DNA of 64,000 nucleotides from a virus (Duplodnaviria; Heunggongvirae; Uroviricota; Caudoviricetes): IMG/VR virus record IMGVR_UViG_3300001605_000025, positions 1 to 64,000 of that record; one strand, 5' to 3'. Shown piece by piece: positions 63,623 to 64,000 of this stretch (position 1 is its first letter; each line of letters starts with the position of its first letter). The notes under the pieces were generated by a model. It saw only the letters and a program-made list of their open reading frames with translations, ran no database searches and was not told where the DNA came from. The position numbers and the translations under genes were made by a program.

Positions 63623-63753
63623 TGTGACTGCTGGGATTTGAACCCAGGTCGCTCGCGTGGAAGGCGAAGTAACTGTCAACTACGCCACTCTCTTAAGGGT
63701 ACAACCGTTTACAGCTATGTTAAGCATGATGAACCGTACTACACTACAGTCAC
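63623..63753 (-). tRNA. tRNA-Gly(UCC)-like gene with about 60-nt insertion / duplicated 5' half
   Basis: Canonical anticodon arm TTCGC-CTTCCAC-GCGAG and T arm CTGGG-TTCAAAT-CCCAG, with 3' acceptor strand CAGTCAC. The perfect partner GTGACTG, with U8, A14 and G18G19, lies at 63747-63753. A degenerate copy (GAGAGTG) lies at 63686-63692. Confidence 0.45.
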
Positions 63754-63767
63754 TACATTAATTGTAT

Positions 63768-63852
63768 GACAGGTGGGGGGGTTATATCCTCTCCGCTTAC
63801 AGATGGAAGCGTCTTTTACCGAGGTGCTTTACCTCTGACCATCGTACCTGTC
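63768..63852. ncRNA. 85-nt structured element closed by a 7-bp stem (GACAGGT/ACCTGTC)
   Basis: Internal hairpins CGCTT-8 nt-AAGCG and GAGGT-5 nt-ACCTC. It is not a cloverleaf on either strand. Strand unresolved. Confidence 0.25.
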
Positions 63853-63952
63853 ACTAGTAATGATTGGAGGAACAATCGTTAACGGTGTTATTCCGGTAAG
63901 TCTGAAGTAACCGTTAACTTTACCATCCAATCTCTAACATATCGTTAGATAG

Positions 63953-64000
63953 TGAGTCTGTCCGGATTTGAACCGGAACCTCTTCATCCACAGTGAAGTA
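63953..64000 (-). tRNA. tRNA-His(GUG), 3' portion (5' part lies beyond the window end)
   Basis: T arm TCCGG-TTCAAAT-CCGGA. Anticodon arm CTTCA-CTGTGGA-TGAAG with U33, GUG and G37. 3' acceptor strand CAGACTC plus discriminator A. CCA is not encoded. Confidence 0.8.

Noticed and set aside
63623-63692. Interpreting the tRNA-Gly 3' portion as an attP core for integration into a host tRNA gene
   Set aside because: No integrase or recombinase is recognisable in the 64-kb window. The perfect upstream acceptor partner argues for a single transcribed unit. The idea is kept only as an alternative inside the finding.
1-64000. Haloarchaeal host (many known archaeal tailed viruses with deazaguanine genes are haloviruses)
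   Set aside because: GC content is low by eye. The large enzymes (PolB, RNR, terminase, MCP) are Lys-rich rather than showing the strong Asp/Glu excess of halophilic proteomes.

Overview
The window is a contiguous piece of a tailed dsDNA virus genome (Caudoviricetes-like, about 40% GC by eye) with no cellular backbone. It has three blocks.

(1) 1-12,336, minus strand: a dense early-type block of small, often translationally coupled genes. Many are CxxC zinc-ribbon or acidic proteins. It also holds an SPFH/prohibitin-like protein and a Cdc48-type AAA+ ATPase.

(2) 12,479-42,023, plus strand: a complete morphogenesis module. In order: small and large terminase, portal, protease/scaffold, HK97-like capsid, connectors, tail tube, chaperone, a 2,374-aa tape measure, baseplate/adhesin proteins, two paralogous beta-helix proteins and a 14-residue-repeat fibre-like protein. 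No sheath gene was seen, so the tail is siphovirus-like.

(3) 42,020-63,496, minus strand: a replication and nucleotide-metabolism module. It contains MCM-like ATPase, XPF/ERCC4 nuclease, FolE2-QueE-QueD, RNase HI, class II RNR, a ThyA-family enzyme, a Cas4-like nuclease, PCNA-like clamp, dCTP deaminase, family-B DNA polymerase, a TGT/DpdA-like protein, a RecA-fold ATPase and a Ro60/TROVE protein. A tRNA and tRNA-like cluster follows at 63,539-64,000.

The replication gene set looks archaeal, but the host cannot be determined from the sequence alone.

Most unusual observations:
- An 885-nt stretch (11,452-12,336) has not a single G on the + strand. It coincides with a promoter-to-terminator operon whose mRNA would contain no C and whose proteins use only 15 amino acids.
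- A Ro60/TROVE gene sits directly downstream of non-canonical tRNA-like elements, which are candidate Y-RNA-like partners.
- The tape measure protein carries an embedded YpsA-type SLOG domain and a HAD-phosphatase-like domain.
- The 7-deazaguanine precursor pathway lacks QueC within this window.

All calls come from reading the sequence and ORF translations. No database search was run.
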